Counted from the whole stretch's first letter, positions 41,201 to 51,194 are shown. The stretch is 59,827 nucleotides of DNA, filler included, from 4 parts of 4 records of this genome joined end to end with filler, not necessarily neighbours in it; one strand, 5' to 3'. Program-made: numbers and translations. Notes: a model not told the origin generated them from the sequence alone.

Positions 41201-41921
41201 TGAGGAACGTCGACGGAAGGCCTTCAACGAGATTGTTGATCCGGATAAGGGCATTGTAGGCGAGAACATCTTCTCGCAGTACATGTACAAGACCATGATC
41301 GAGAACTCCAAGACGATGTGGACCTTCAAGAGGCAGTTCGCTGGCAGCGTTGCGCTGTCAAGCCTTGCGTCGTTCGTGCTGCGCCTCAGCGGTCGGACGC
41401 CGAGCAAGTTGGTCATCTCCAAGGCAAGTGGGGCGCTCACTCACATTGAGCTGGTGACCAGCTACAACGATAGGCTTCAGTTGGATCTCCAGGGCGAACC
41501 TGTGCCCTTCCGCTTCACGCGGAATATGAGCACTTTCATCGGCCAGCAAGGCCTTGAGGGCCACAAGATCAGCTCCGCAGTCGCGGCAGCACAGGCGCTA
41601 TCCCAATCAGATGATACGAGGATGTCTAGTCTGCTCGCCCTGTTCTTGCTGCCCGACATTCTCGCCTTCATCGCCCGTCGCCTGAACGTGCGAAGTGTCG
41701 CGGCCATCGAGACTGTGACACCGGTCCAGATCCAGCATGCGATCATGCACAACGTGGTGCAATCGATCTCGAGATTGGAACGCGTTGCCCCGCAGGTACC
41801 AAATGATCCTACTCAGGAGCCGGAGAACCCAACGAAGGCCATGCGCGACTTGTTTGCCATGAGTGGGGCACCCAGCAACCTCTGCAAGCATCCCGATGTC
41901 ACCTGGCTTCCCTGGTATTGA
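29232..41921 (+). CDS. TRRAP: TRRAP/Tra1 PIKK pseudokinase, 8 coding exons, ~4028 aa; introns 29453-29522, 29900-29991, 30195-30281, 31017-31115, 35430-35497, 35797-35869, 36491-36604
   Basis: Phase-consistent GT-AG joins link the ORF fragments. Tra1 motifs AQVKTL, CLLVPARL, LGKMGGRGR, WKLRTPNEWE, LGYRDKAW, WLPWLPQ, EPVPFRFTRN and terminal FATC WLPWY. Probable 5'UTR intron 29071-29222. Confidence 0.92.
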
Positions 41922-41928
41922 TTAAACT

Positions 41929-42587
41929 TTAACTATCATTATGATCCGACCCTTCAGCCGTTTGAGCTTCGGCTTCGGCAAGGAGGTTTGCATACGCCTG
42001 CAGACTGCCCCTCACTGAACCCTCTGGTACGAGCACTGCTTCCTGATCACGGGACTCCTGACCTTCCCTCACGAAAGGGCTACTCAAATCCTTTCTACTT
42101 TCGATACGCTTCATCTCTTTGTGGGCCTCGGTCGCCACCTCCCTGAAGTCCATCGGCAGAGGCTGCGAACGAGCGATTGCCGTGTGGGTGAGACGTGGAT
42201 CAGGTCAGTGGACGCATCGAGTTTTCATACGTACCGTGAAGGACGGCCTGGCGCTCGGGAGTGTGTCCGTCCCGACCGCCGCAGCATAGCGATTCAGATC
42301 AGATGGTCCGACGGAGAGGTCGTTGACCTCGTCGACAAAAGTTCGCTTGCTCAACGTCGGGTGTCGGGCAGGCATGGCTGGCATCGTTGTGTCCTCATCC
42401 TGGCTATGCTCAAGGAAAGATTTGAGTTCTTTCGTAATAATATCCGTATTAGGGACGCGGAACGTCTCTTTCCCAAAGTTGGCAAAGTACCTCTCCAGGT
42501 TGGAGTCTTCGGGCCCAGCCAGTGATGTGGCCTGGAAGTTCCGGCTCGTCATAGGCTCGGGCGCGCTGGGGAACTTCTCCATACCAC
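41929..42587 (-). CDS. 3' part of a spliced gene of unknown function (intron 42234-42163)
   Basis: ORFs 42205-42582 and 41929-42153 join in frame via ACG|GTACGT...CTGAC...TCGCAG|CCT (..PSFT|PLPMDFRE..). Confidence 0.65.
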
Positions 42588-42687
42588 NNNNNNNNNNNNN
42601 NNNNNNNNNNNNNNNNNNNNNNNNNNNNNNNTTAATTAATTAANNNNNNNNNNNNNNNNNNNNNNNNNNNNNNNNNNNNNNNNNNNN
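42588..42687. other. Artificial contig spacer
   Basis: N44-TTAATTAATTAA-N44. Confidence 0.98.
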
Positions 42688-42780
42688 CGTATAGCCATGC
42701 GCCCTGAGTTCGCCCAAATAATCGTCGAGGGGTCGAGCGGGCCATACCATCCCAGCGATGGGAGAAGGACACTTCATCAT
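42688..42780 (-). CDS. N-terminus of a truncated protein, possibly phytanoyl-CoA dioxygenase (PhyH) family
   Basis: GGGAG upstream of ATG 42780; LDDYLGELRAHGYT resembles PhyH N-termini. Only 31 codons are visible. Confidence 0.3.
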
Positions 42781-43259
42781 TTGGTGCTCCCGAAAAACGA
42801 TCCGATATTTAACCATAAGACCGACTGAAGACCCATCACCCACGTAATTGAGCCTCTGGGCCGTGGGACTCAGCCTCACAACGGGTGATCGGTTCAGCAC
42901 GTGTGCAGCAAGATAACATTGTCGGTTTTTACAGCAGCGAATTGAGCCTGGCCATCAGCTTTAATAGCCTCCGACGTAACGACCGAGCCTGCCGCAATTG
43001 CACGACAATTGACGTGCTAGGCCATATCTCGGCGCACTCCCCGTCTTATCAGCGGCGACACTTGATGGATACCAAACTTAGTCAGGCTTGTAATTTGCGC
43101 AAAATCTTTGGCCTGGCTTGCTGAACACTATGATTTAGAATGGCGCTTGAGCTCAATCAGAATGCTCCGGCCGTCCGAGCCATATGGCCCTATTCGAAAA
43201 CAAAACTGCTCAAACTTATATATCGTAGGGCGCCGCATCCTTAACCACCATCAGCTCGA

Positions 43260-43592
43260 GGCAACGCCTCAGCGACAGTCGCAACGAAGTATCCATTATT
43301 CAGTTTGATTGACGGAATCTCACCTTTTACCAACTTCTAACGCTGGCTCATTCAGGATTGGAAAAACGTTTCTCCTCTAAAGTGCTCCTTGGGATGTACC
43401 AAAGGTAAGTTCAGATTGCGCTTCGCGTTTTTTCTTTATTCTAGAAGTCCTTTCCCAAATTAAGATCGGAATGTAAGTATCAGAAAGAGACCTGGGCACA
43501 CTGCTTTTGCCTAGGACCTCATCAGATCGTATTCGTGCGGGCTTTTTTCGATTCGTTCTAAACACTTCAACTTGGAATGCAAAACCATCCAT
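43260..43592 (-). pseudogene. Degraded N-terminal fragment of an M48/YgjP (DUF45) metallopeptidase gene
   Basis: VEVFRTNRKK..VPRSLSD, then frameshifted fragments GETFS and VKGEIPSIKLNNGYFVATV; stops and frameshifts; no HEXXH region. Confidence 0.6.
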
Positions 43593-43729
43593 TCCGAAAA
43601 CGTCCCTCCTGTGAGTTCTGTGAACCTATCGGTGCTAGGTTTCACCAAAGAAACACCGAAGTCCTTCGAAAGAAACACTTTTATATTTCGTGCGACTCTT
43701 TTCTGCTCGACCTATTCGTCGAAGACAAC

Positions 43730-45097
43730 CTACACGTGCCCATAACTCACCATTGCGTCGGCAACCTTTACGAAACCAGCGATATTGGAACCTTTGAGAT
43801 AATTGACCTGACCTCCGGTGTCCCCATATCGAACACAACTATCATGAATATCTTGCATCATGTTTTCGAGCAGTTTTCGAAGATGATCTTCATCCCAGGC
43901 AATGCGAGCACTGTTTTGGCTCATCTCCAACCCTGACACACCGACGCCCCCCGCATTAACCGCTTTGGCTGGACCAAACAGTATCTGTGCATTCAAAAAT
44001 GCATCCACCGCTTCTTGCTCGCAAGGCATATTTGCCGCTTCTGCGACGGCCATGATCCCGTTTTTGATCAGAATCGCGGCTTCTTCGCCATTGATCTCGT
44101 TCTGAGTCGCCGAAGGAACGGCGCAATCACCTTCAACACCCCAAGGCCGTCCGTCATGGAAACTGATATTATTAAATTCATCTGCCGCCTCAGAGATACG
44201 CCCACGCCGGGCCCCTTTGAGCACCTTAATCCAATCAATTTGTTCCTGAGTGAAGCCTTCTTTGCAGTGAATAAAACCACTGGAGTCACTCATTGTGATC
44301 GGTACTGCCCCCAAATGAAGACATTTTTCAGCCGCATAGGTTGCGACGTTGCCACTACCTGAAATCAAGGTTCGCTTACCCTCAATAGTACCTTTATGCT
44401 GGGCCAACATATTTCTAAGAAAGAAAATCGCGCCATAGCCGGTTGCTTCCGTGCGCATTTTAGAGCCACCGTATTCCATACCTTTGCCCGTGAGCACGCC
44501 CACGAACTCGTTTGTGATTCGTTTATACTGACCAAACATAAAGCCGATTTCTCGACCACCAACGCCAATATCCCCTGCAGGCACATCAGTATCTGCACCA
44601 ATATGCCGATAAAGCTCCGTCATAAACGATTGGCAAAACCGCATCACCTCATTATCGCTTTTGCCTTTAGGGTTAAAGTTAGCACCGCCTTTACCGCCGC
44701 CCATCGGTAGGCCCGTTAGGCTGTTCTTAAATGTTTGCTCAAAGCCTAAAAATTTCAGGATGGATTGATTGACGCTAGGATGAAATCGTAACCCCCCCTT
44801 GTAGGGACCGATCGCAGAATTGAACTGAACGCGCCACCCACGATTCGTGCGCACGCGGCCTGCATCATCTGTCCACGGAATACGAAAAGAGATCACACGC
44901 TCAGGTTCGGCCATACGCTCTAAAATCTGCAATTCGTGATAAATCGGTTTGTCGGCTATATACGGAAAAATTGAGGAGGCAACTTCATAAACAGCCTGCA
45001 CAAATTCGGGCTCACCTGGATTTCGCTTCAGAACCCCCTCCATATACCTTCTTAAATACTCTTCTGTTTTTGCCGAGTCTTGATGAGATTTAGACAT
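43730..45097 (-). CDS. gdhA: NADP-specific glutamate dehydrogenase
   Basis: GPYKGGLRFHPSVN, LPMGGGKGG, DVPAGDIGVGGREIG, SGSGNVA, KAVNAGGV. Confidence 0.96.
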   Translation of the reverse strand: MSKSHQDSAKTEEYLRRYMEGVLKRNPGEPEFVQAVYEVASSIFPYIADKPIYHELQILERMAEPERVISFRIPWTDDAGRVRTNRGWRVQFNSAIGPYKGGLRFHPSVNQSILKFLGFEQTFKNSLTGLPMGGGKGGANFNPKGKSDNEVMRFCQSFMTELYRHIGADTDVPAGDIGVGGREIGFMFGQYKRITNEFVGVLTGKGMEYGGSKMRTEATGYGAIFFLRNMLAQHKGTIEGKRTLISGSGNVATYAAEKCLHLGAVPITMSDSSGFIHCKEGFTQEQIDWIKVLKGARRGRISEAADEFNNISFHDGRPWGVEGDCAVPSATQNEINGEEAAILIKNGIMAVAEAANMPCEQEAVDAFLNAQILFGPAKAVNAGGVGVSGLEMSQNSARIAWDEDHLRKLLENMMQDIHDSCVRYGDTGGQVNYLKGSNIAGFVKVADAMVSYGHV

Positions 45098-45785
45098 TGA
45101 TTCGCTCCATTAGCTGAAATTCGTTAACCATTTGTGGTTCCGATTTCTTTTGAAAATTTCTTTTCAAGAAATCTGACATTTTTTAACATTCTAGCTTCAT
45201 GACCCCATGGTTTTACGGACGCCTCTGCCGGAGGCCGCGCGAGAAACTAAAGCTGGAATTTGATTTGAGCAGTTTTTTTACCTAACCCATTTATTTTCGA
45301 TCTGATCAGATTCTTTTTTCTATATTGTTATCGGCGATAGAGCCTGCTTGACTAAAGAAGGTTTAGATCAATTATCTGATTTGAAAGATTACAAATTTAG
45401 TAAGGATGAAGGCGAAAATCTGAAATTTTCAACCTGGGAACATACTACGGTGTTTTAAGCAGCGTTGGCAATTGATTTCCGACGACACCGTCTCGGATCG
45501 TTATGCCGGTGGCATAGAAAGTTGTACCCCACCATTCATGTCGATACGGCTCGCGTCTCACCGCATCGCAATATTTACCGCTTCTACTGAGTTTCTTTCC
45601 TGATAATCACGAAAGGCAGAAATATGAGACGCTCTTAATCGCGTTTGGGGGAGCCGAGCGATTGCCTTTACGAATAAGAGAAGAATTACTGCTAATTGGA
45701 CAGATCTTTCGTTATGGTAGTTCCATGATTGAAACAGCACGCCGAGACATTCTAGATCTCTGGCCATAATCAGGAGAAGACAACT

Positions 45786-47438
45786 ATGACAAAAGCATCA
45801 GATCTATTTATTGAGTGTCTGGAGGCAGAAGGCTGTGAATACGTTTTCGGTATTCCTGGAGAAGAGAACCTGGATTTTCTCGATAGTCTCAGCCGGTCCA
45901 AAAAAATCAAATTAATTCTCACACGGCATGAGCAGGGCGCTGGCTTCATGGCATCTGTCTACGGACGTCTAACCGGCAAGACGGGCGTCTGTGTTGCAAC
46001 GCTTGGCCCAGGTGCAACCAACTTCACGACGGCAGCGGCTTACGCTCAGCTTGGCGGCATGCCTATGATGATGATCACCGGTCAAAAACCTGTGAAAAAA
46101 TCCAAACAAGGTCGGTTCCAGATTCTGGACGTTGTCGAGATGATGAAGCCGATTACGAAATACGCAGTCTCGCTCGTAGCTGGCGATAACATTCCTTCCC
46201 GTATTCGCGAAGCCTATCGAGTTGCTGAGGAGGAAAAACCGGGTGCTGTTCATATCGAGCTGCCAGAGGATATCGCTGATGAAGAAACTGACGAACGTCC
46301 GATTCCAGCTTCAGCCGTGCGAAGACCCATCGCTGAGCCTAAGTCCATCGCCCTAGCGCTGGAAAAGCTGCACAGCGCGAAATCACCGATTATTATTATC
46401 GGTGCCGGCGGCAATCGCAAAATGACTTCGAAAATGTTGACCGCCTTTATTGATAAAACCGGCATTCCCTTTGTAACCACCCAACTTGGTAAGGGCGTGG
46501 TGGATGAGCGCCACCCATTGTTCATGGGTTGCGCCGCGCTCTCTTCAGGCGATTTTGTGCACCGCGCCATCGAGGCTTCTGATCTGATCCTCAACATTGG
46601 CCACGACGTGATTGAAAAGCCGCCGTTCTTTATGAAGGCAGGTGGTACTGAGGTTATCCACATTTCTTACAATACGGCGGAGGTAGACCCGGTCTATTTC
46701 CCTCAAATAGAGGTCATTGGCGACGTGGGCAATGCCGTTTGGCAAATGAAGAACGACGTCAAGACAAGCGCAGAAGCTGACTGGGACTTTAGCCGCATGG
46801 TGACAGTGCGGAAGCATCATGACGCCAACGTCCTAGAGGGTTCAGACGATGCGCGTTTCCCGTGCTATCCACAGCATGTCGTCAAATTAGTGCGCGAGGC
46901 CATGCCTGACGATGGCATCATTTGCCTAGATAATGGCGTTTATAAAATATGGTTTGCCCGCAACTATCGCGCGCACCAGCCCAACACTGTTTTACTCGAT
47001 AACGCTCTAGCAACTATGGGCGCAGGCCTGCCTTCAGCGATGGCAGGCCATATGGTTCATCCTGATCGTAAGGTACTGGCGATCTGCGGAGACGGTGGTT
47101 TCATGATGAATTCTCAAGAATTGGAAACTGCGGTACGAGAGAAGATGAACATTGCTATTTTGATCCTGAACGACAACTCGTACGGCATGATTCGTTGGAA
47201 GCAAGCGAACATGGGCTTTGATGATTGGGGGTTGCAGTATGGCAACCCGGATTTCGTAAAGTACGTTGAGGCCTACGGTGGCATTGGCCATCGAGTGGAA
47301 TCGGCCGAGGCACTGCCTGGTATCCTGAAGACTGCGCTCTCGACGCCCGGGGTGCATCTGATTGATTGTCCCGTTGACTATGTCGACAACGATCAGATAC
47401 TTAATGTCGATATCAAAACGCGCTCTGCATCGATTTAA
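45786..47438 (+). CDS. ThDP-dependent enzyme, acetolactate-synthase-large-subunit-like (candidate 2-oxoacid decarboxylase)
   Basis: FGIPGEENL, RHEQGAGFMA, TLGPGATN, GDGGFMMNSQE..LNDNSYGMI ThDP motif; no small subunit gene nearby. Confidence 0.9.
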   Translation: MTKASDLFIECLEAEGCEYVFGIPGEENLDFLDSLSRSKKIKLILTRHEQGAGFMASVYGRLTGKTGVCVATLGPGATNFTTAAAYAQLGGMPMMMITGQKPVKKSKQGRFQILDVVEMMKPITKYAVSLVAGDNIPSRIREAYRVAEEEKPGAVHIELPEDIADEETDERPIPASAVRRPIAEPKSIALALEKLHSAKSPIIIIGAGGNRKMTSKMLTAFIDKTGIPFVTTQLGKGVVDERHPLFMGCAALSSGDFVHRAIEASDLILNIGHDVIEKPPFFMKAGGTEVIHISYNTAEVDPVYFPQIEVIGDVGNAVWQMKNDVKTSAEADWDFSRMVTVRKHHDANVLEGSDDARFPCYPQHVVKLVREAMPDDGIICLDNGVYKIWFARNYRAHQPNTVLLDNALATMGAGLPSAMAGHMVHPDRKVLAICGDGGFMMNSQELETAVREKMNIAILILNDNSYGMIRWKQANMGFDDWGLQYGNPDFVKYVEAYGGIGHRVESAEALPGILKTALSTPGVHLIDCPVDYVDNDQILNVDIKTRSASI

Positions 47439-47452
47439 GATGCGCTGAGATT

Positions 47453-47476
47453 GTGACGGGCTCAAGAGTCCGTCAC
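47453..47476 (+). other. Intercistronic hairpin without U tract
   Basis: GTGACGGGCTC-AA-GAGTCCGTCAC between the ThDP enzyme and ALDH genes. Confidence 0.6.
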
Positions 47477-47508
47477 CCACCATTCAAAATAAATCAGGAG
47501 ACCTAGCC

Positions 47509-48951
47509 ATGTCGACGCTTCAGGCTAACTACCCATACTATCTAAACAATAAAGCGGTTTACGCCAACGAAGATCTTGAGGTTACTGACAAGTACACGGG
47601 CGAAGTGGCAACCCGTTGTGCATTGGCTGATGCGAAGGCGATCGACGAAGGCATTAGCGGTGCAGTTCGTGCGACCGAACCTATGGCGAAAATGGCATCT
47701 TTTGAGAAGAAAGCGGTCCTTGAGCATTGCGTGACCCGGTTTAAAGAACGCTTCGACGAGCTCGCCATGGCGCTGTGCATCGAGGCGGGGAAACCTATTA
47801 ATGATGCCGAAGGTGAGGTGACGCGTTTAATCGATACCTTTCAGATTGCCGCGGAAGAATCGACTCGTATGCATGGTGAATTGCAGGCATTGGATATTTC
47901 GCCTCGCGCAAAAGGCTATCAGGGCATGTGGAAACGGGTTCCGATTGGGCCTTGCTCGTTTATTTCCCCTTTTAACTTTCCGCTTAACCTGGCTGCGCAT
48001 AAGATTGCCCCTGCGCTAGCAGTCGGTTGCCCATTTGTCATGAAACCCGCTTCTCGGACACCGCTCGGCGCCATCATCATGGGAGAAGTGCTCGCTGAAA
48101 CGGATTTGCCCGAAGGCGCATTTTCAATTCTTGCGTGCTCACGCGACGGCGCTGATTTGTTTACCGTTGACGATAGACTTAAGTTGCTGTCGTTTACCGG
48201 TTCACCCGGTGTGGGTTGGGATTTAAAAGCACGTTGCGGCAAAAAGAAGGTTGTCTTGGAGCTTGGCGGTAATGCGGCTGTTGTCGTTGATGCGGATACA
48301 AAAAACCTCGATGATACCGTCAATAGAATTATTTTCGGTGCCTTCTATCAGTCGGGGCAATCGTGCATTGGCGTTCAGCGCATTATGATTCATGAAGCTA
48401 TTTACGATGTAATGAAAGCCAAGTTGGTGGCTAAAACGGCGACATTGATTAAGGGCGATCCAAAAGTTCGGGAGACATTCATTGGACCGATGATCTCAGA
48501 AAGTGAGGCGACCCGTCTCCATGGCTGGATTCAATCTGCCGCAGCGGCCGGTGGTAAGATTCTTTGTGGCGGCACGCGGGATGGCGCAATGTTAGACGCC
48601 ACACTAATGGAAAATGTGCCGCTTACCCAAGACTTGTGTGTGGAAGAGGCATTTGGCCCGGCAGCTGTTTTACAAAAATTTTCAAGCTGGGATCAAGCCA
48701 TATCAATGGTGAATGACAGCAAGTTTGGTTTGCAAGCTGGCATCTTCACTCGAGACTTCTACAAAGTGCAGCAAGCCTGGGATGAAATGGAAGTGGGGGG
48801 TGTCGTTGTAGGAGATGTACCTTCCTACCGCGTAGACAACATGCCCTATGGTGGCGTGAAAGATTCCGGGATCGGTAGAGAGGGTATTGTCTTCGCGATG
48901 GAAGACATGACTGAAATACGGAATCTCGTGATTCGGACACCCCCAGAATAA
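47509..48951 (+). CDS. Aldehyde dehydrogenase, ALDH21-like (probable NADP+ succinic semialdehyde dehydrogenase)
   Basis: PFNFPLNLAAHK, KPASRTP, FTGS, LELGGNA, FYQSGQSC, EEAFGP, YRVDNMPYGGVKDSG; AGGAG RBS. Confidence 0.88.
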   Translation: MSTLQANYPYYLNNKAVYANEDLEVTDKYTGEVATRCALADAKAIDEGISGAVRATEPMAKMASFEKKAVLEHCVTRFKERFDELAMALCIEAGKPINDAEGEVTRLIDTFQIAAEESTRMHGELQALDISPRAKGYQGMWKRVPIGPCSFISPFNFPLNLAAHKIAPALAVGCPFVMKPASRTPLGAIIMGEVLAETDLPEGAFSILACSRDGADLFTVDDRLKLLSFTGSPGVGWDLKARCGKKKVVLELGGNAAVVVDADTKNLDDTVNRIIFGAFYQSGQSCIGVQRIMIHEAIYDVMKAKLVAKTATLIKGDPKVRETFIGPMISESEATRLHGWIQSAAAAGGKILCGGTRDGAMLDATLMENVPLTQDLCVEEAFGPAAVLQKFSSWDQAISMVNDSKFGLQAGIFTRDFYKVQQAWDEMEVGGVVVGDVPSYRVDNMPYGGVKDSGIGREGIVFAMEDMTEIRNLVIRTPPE

Positions 48952-48983
48952 TCTGCCCTGGTCGCCCTTAAAGATGTATGCGC

Positions 48984-49713
48984 TGTGTGTCGTCAGAACC
49001 TTTCGGACACCTGGCTGGCTGATCTAAGAGACACGTCAGCTCATCAGGGTGAGCGGTTCCACTCGGTTGCGATCAGGCATCTTGCGACGCATGGCCATAG
49101 TATTCAACTTGATCTGTTGTCTCCTAGCCAGGGTGGATTCGCCCCGAGCGCAGAAAACAGACACCGGAGTCAGATTGTTTAGCGACTCGTGGGACCGGTC
49201 GTTGTTCTAGTAATCAACGAAGCGCTCTATACGAGCTTCCAGTTCTCCTGGCAGATAGTAGTTCTCAAGCAGGATCTGGTTTTTCAGGGAACAGTGCCAG
49301 CGCTCGATCTTACCTTGGGTTTGCGGATGATACGGGCTTCCTCTCGTGTGCTTCATATCCTGCCCCGCAAGATACTTCGCCAGGTCCGACGCGATGTAGG
49401 CAGGGCCATTGTCAGACAACAGCCGCGGGCTTGTGTTTAACCTTCATTGTGTTGAGTCCTGTGAAACTCAGGGCGTCATCTTCCAGATGGAGTTGGGCAA
49501 AGGCTTGCAGTCTTCCAACGCATCGATCCCGCCTTCGTCAAAGCGATTCAGCCAGGCGTAGAACGTGGATCGTCGAATATCCAACCTTTGCAGCGTCTTC
49601 TTCACAGGCAAACTGGACCGCTCTACGGATCGGATAATTTCGTATTTCTCGGAGGCCGAATATCTCATATAACTTCCTCCCCATTCCCAATCATGCAACC
49701 ATCCACTATGGTT
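48984..49713 (-). mobile_element. IS3-family insertion sequence remnant (internally deleted, inactive)
   Basis: MRYSASEKYEIIR..RSTFYAW HTH fused directly to SDNG..HPQTQGKIERWH integrase C-terminus; frameshift, premature TAG at 49207-49209; terminal TGTGTGTCGTCAG end at 48984. Confidence 0.85.
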
Positions 49714-49813
49714 NNNNNNNNNNNNNNNNNNNNNNNNNNNNNNNNNNNNNNNNNNNNTTAATTAATTAANNNNNNNNNNNNNNNNNNNNNNNNNNNNNNN
49801 NNNNNNNNNNNNN
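49714..49813. other. Artificial contig spacer
   Basis: N44-TTAATTAATTAA-N44. Confidence 0.98.
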
Positions 49814-50024
49814 CGAAATAAAAGCGAGAAAGCGAAATAAAAGAAGATCGGGAAACGCCATAAACTTGCGGGAAGGGCATCTGGAATAGCGGAAAGCTAA
49901 ACGCGCAAAGCTAATAGCTAAAAGCGCCCGGTAATAAAGGACATTAGCGGCGAAGAACGCAGTGAAAAGCGCTAATGCCGCGACAAATTAACAACGATTA
50001 TAATGAACCAAAGGGAAGCAGTAT

Positions 50025-51194
50025 ATGAATCTTCATGAGTACCAAGCCAAGCAATTGTTCGCTGAATATGGTCTGCCCGTTTCGGAGGGTATTGCTGTAG
50101 ACAGCGGTGATGAAGCCGTGGCAGCAGCCAAGAAAATTGGCGGTGACCGATGGGTTGTTAAGGCGCAAGTGCATGCCGGTGGCCGTGGTAAAGCCGGTGG
50201 TGTGAAGCTGTTTTCTGACTTTGATGAGATCAAAGCGTTTGCCGACAGTTTGATTGGAACCAATTTAGTGACCTTTCAAACAGACGAGCATGGCCAGCCT
50301 GTTTCTAAGATTTTTGTCGAAACCTGCACTGATATTGCACGTGAATTGTATTTAGGTGCAGTGATTGATCGCTCCAGCCGGCGGGTCGTCTTTATGGCGT
50401 CCACGGAAGGGGGCGTTGAAATTGAACAAGTTGCTGAAGAAACGCCTGAAAAAATTCTCCGGGCGGTGATTGACCCGGCGTTGGGTGGGCAGGCCTACCA
50501 GGGTCGTGAGATGGCGTTTAAGCTGGGTCTTGAAGGCAAACAGATTAATCAGTTTGCGCAGGTGTTTGTCACGCTGTCGAAGCTGTTTGTTGAACGCGAT
50601 TTGTCTTTGCTTGAGATTAACCCCTTGGTTGTGACCGAGGCTGGCGATATACATTGCCTCGATGCGAAGGTCTCGATCGATGGTAATGCCCTGTATCGCC
50701 AGAAGGCGCTTGCCTTGATGAATGATGCTTCTCAAGAAGATGAACGTGAGGCGCAAGCTGCCAAGTTTGGACTGAATTACGTAGCCCTTGAAGGCAACAT
50801 CGGCTGTATGGTGAACGGTGCTGGATTGGCCATGGGAACGATGGATTTGGTCAAACTGTTTGGGGGACAACCTGCAAATTTCTTGGATGTTGGCGGCGGT
50901 GCAACCAAGGAAGCGGTGAGCGAAGCCTTTAAGATCATCTTGTCGGATACGGCGGTTAAGGCGGTCCTGATCAATATCTTTGGCGGGATTGTCCGTTGCG
51001 ACATTATTGCTGAGGGCATTATCGGAGCGGTTAAAGAGGTCGGTGTGAGGGTGCCGGTTGTTGTTAGATTTGAAGGCAATAACGCAGAGCTCGGTGTCAA
51101 AACGTTGGCTGAAAGCGACGTTAAAGTGATTGCGGCAACCAGCCTCACGGATGCGGTTGAACAAGTTGTAAAGGCAGCAGGAGGAGCACAATGA
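50025..51194 (+). CDS. sucC: Succinyl-CoA synthetase beta subunit
   Basis: [49 protein letters not shown]. Confidence 0.98.
   Translation: MNLHEYQAKQLFAEYGLPVSEGIAVDSGDEAVAAAKKIGGDRWVVKAQVHAGGRGKAGGVKLFSDFDEIKAFADSLIGTNLVTFQTDEHGQPVSKIFVETCTDIARELYLGAVIDRSSRRVVFMASTEGGVEIEQVAEETPEKILRAVIDPALGGQAYQGREMAFKLGLEGKQINQFAQVFVTLSKLFVERDLSLLEINPLVVTEAGDIHCLDAKVSIDGNALYRQKALALMNDASQEDEREAQAAKFGLNYVALEGNIGCMVNGAGLAMGTMDLVKLFGGQPANFLDVGGGATKEAVSEAFKIILSDTAVKAVLINIFGGIVRCDIIAEGIIGAVKEVGVRVPVVVRFEGNNAELGVKTLAESDVKVIAATSLTDAVEQVVKAAGGAQ

Noticed and set aside
27524-42234. Introns as introner elements or snoRNA hosts
   Set aside because: The introns share only splice and branch signals with no extended mutual similarity, and no convincing C/D box pair was seen in the RPL28 introns.
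15590-42587. Dozens of 60-330 aa ORFs overlapping the algal genes (e.g. 26258-27181, 33465-34460)
   Set aside because: Antisense or alternate-frame shadows expected in GC-rich coding DNA; no recognisable motifs.
45098-45785. Sigma-54 promoter, ncRNA or ORF 45558-45767 in the gdhA intergenic region
   Set aside because: The TGGCA sites lack a correctly spaced TTGC, no recognisable RNA structure is present, and the ORF has no motif support.
50352-51191. 279-aa ORF antisense to sucC
   Set aside because: Shadow ORF of a highly conserved gene with no motif support.
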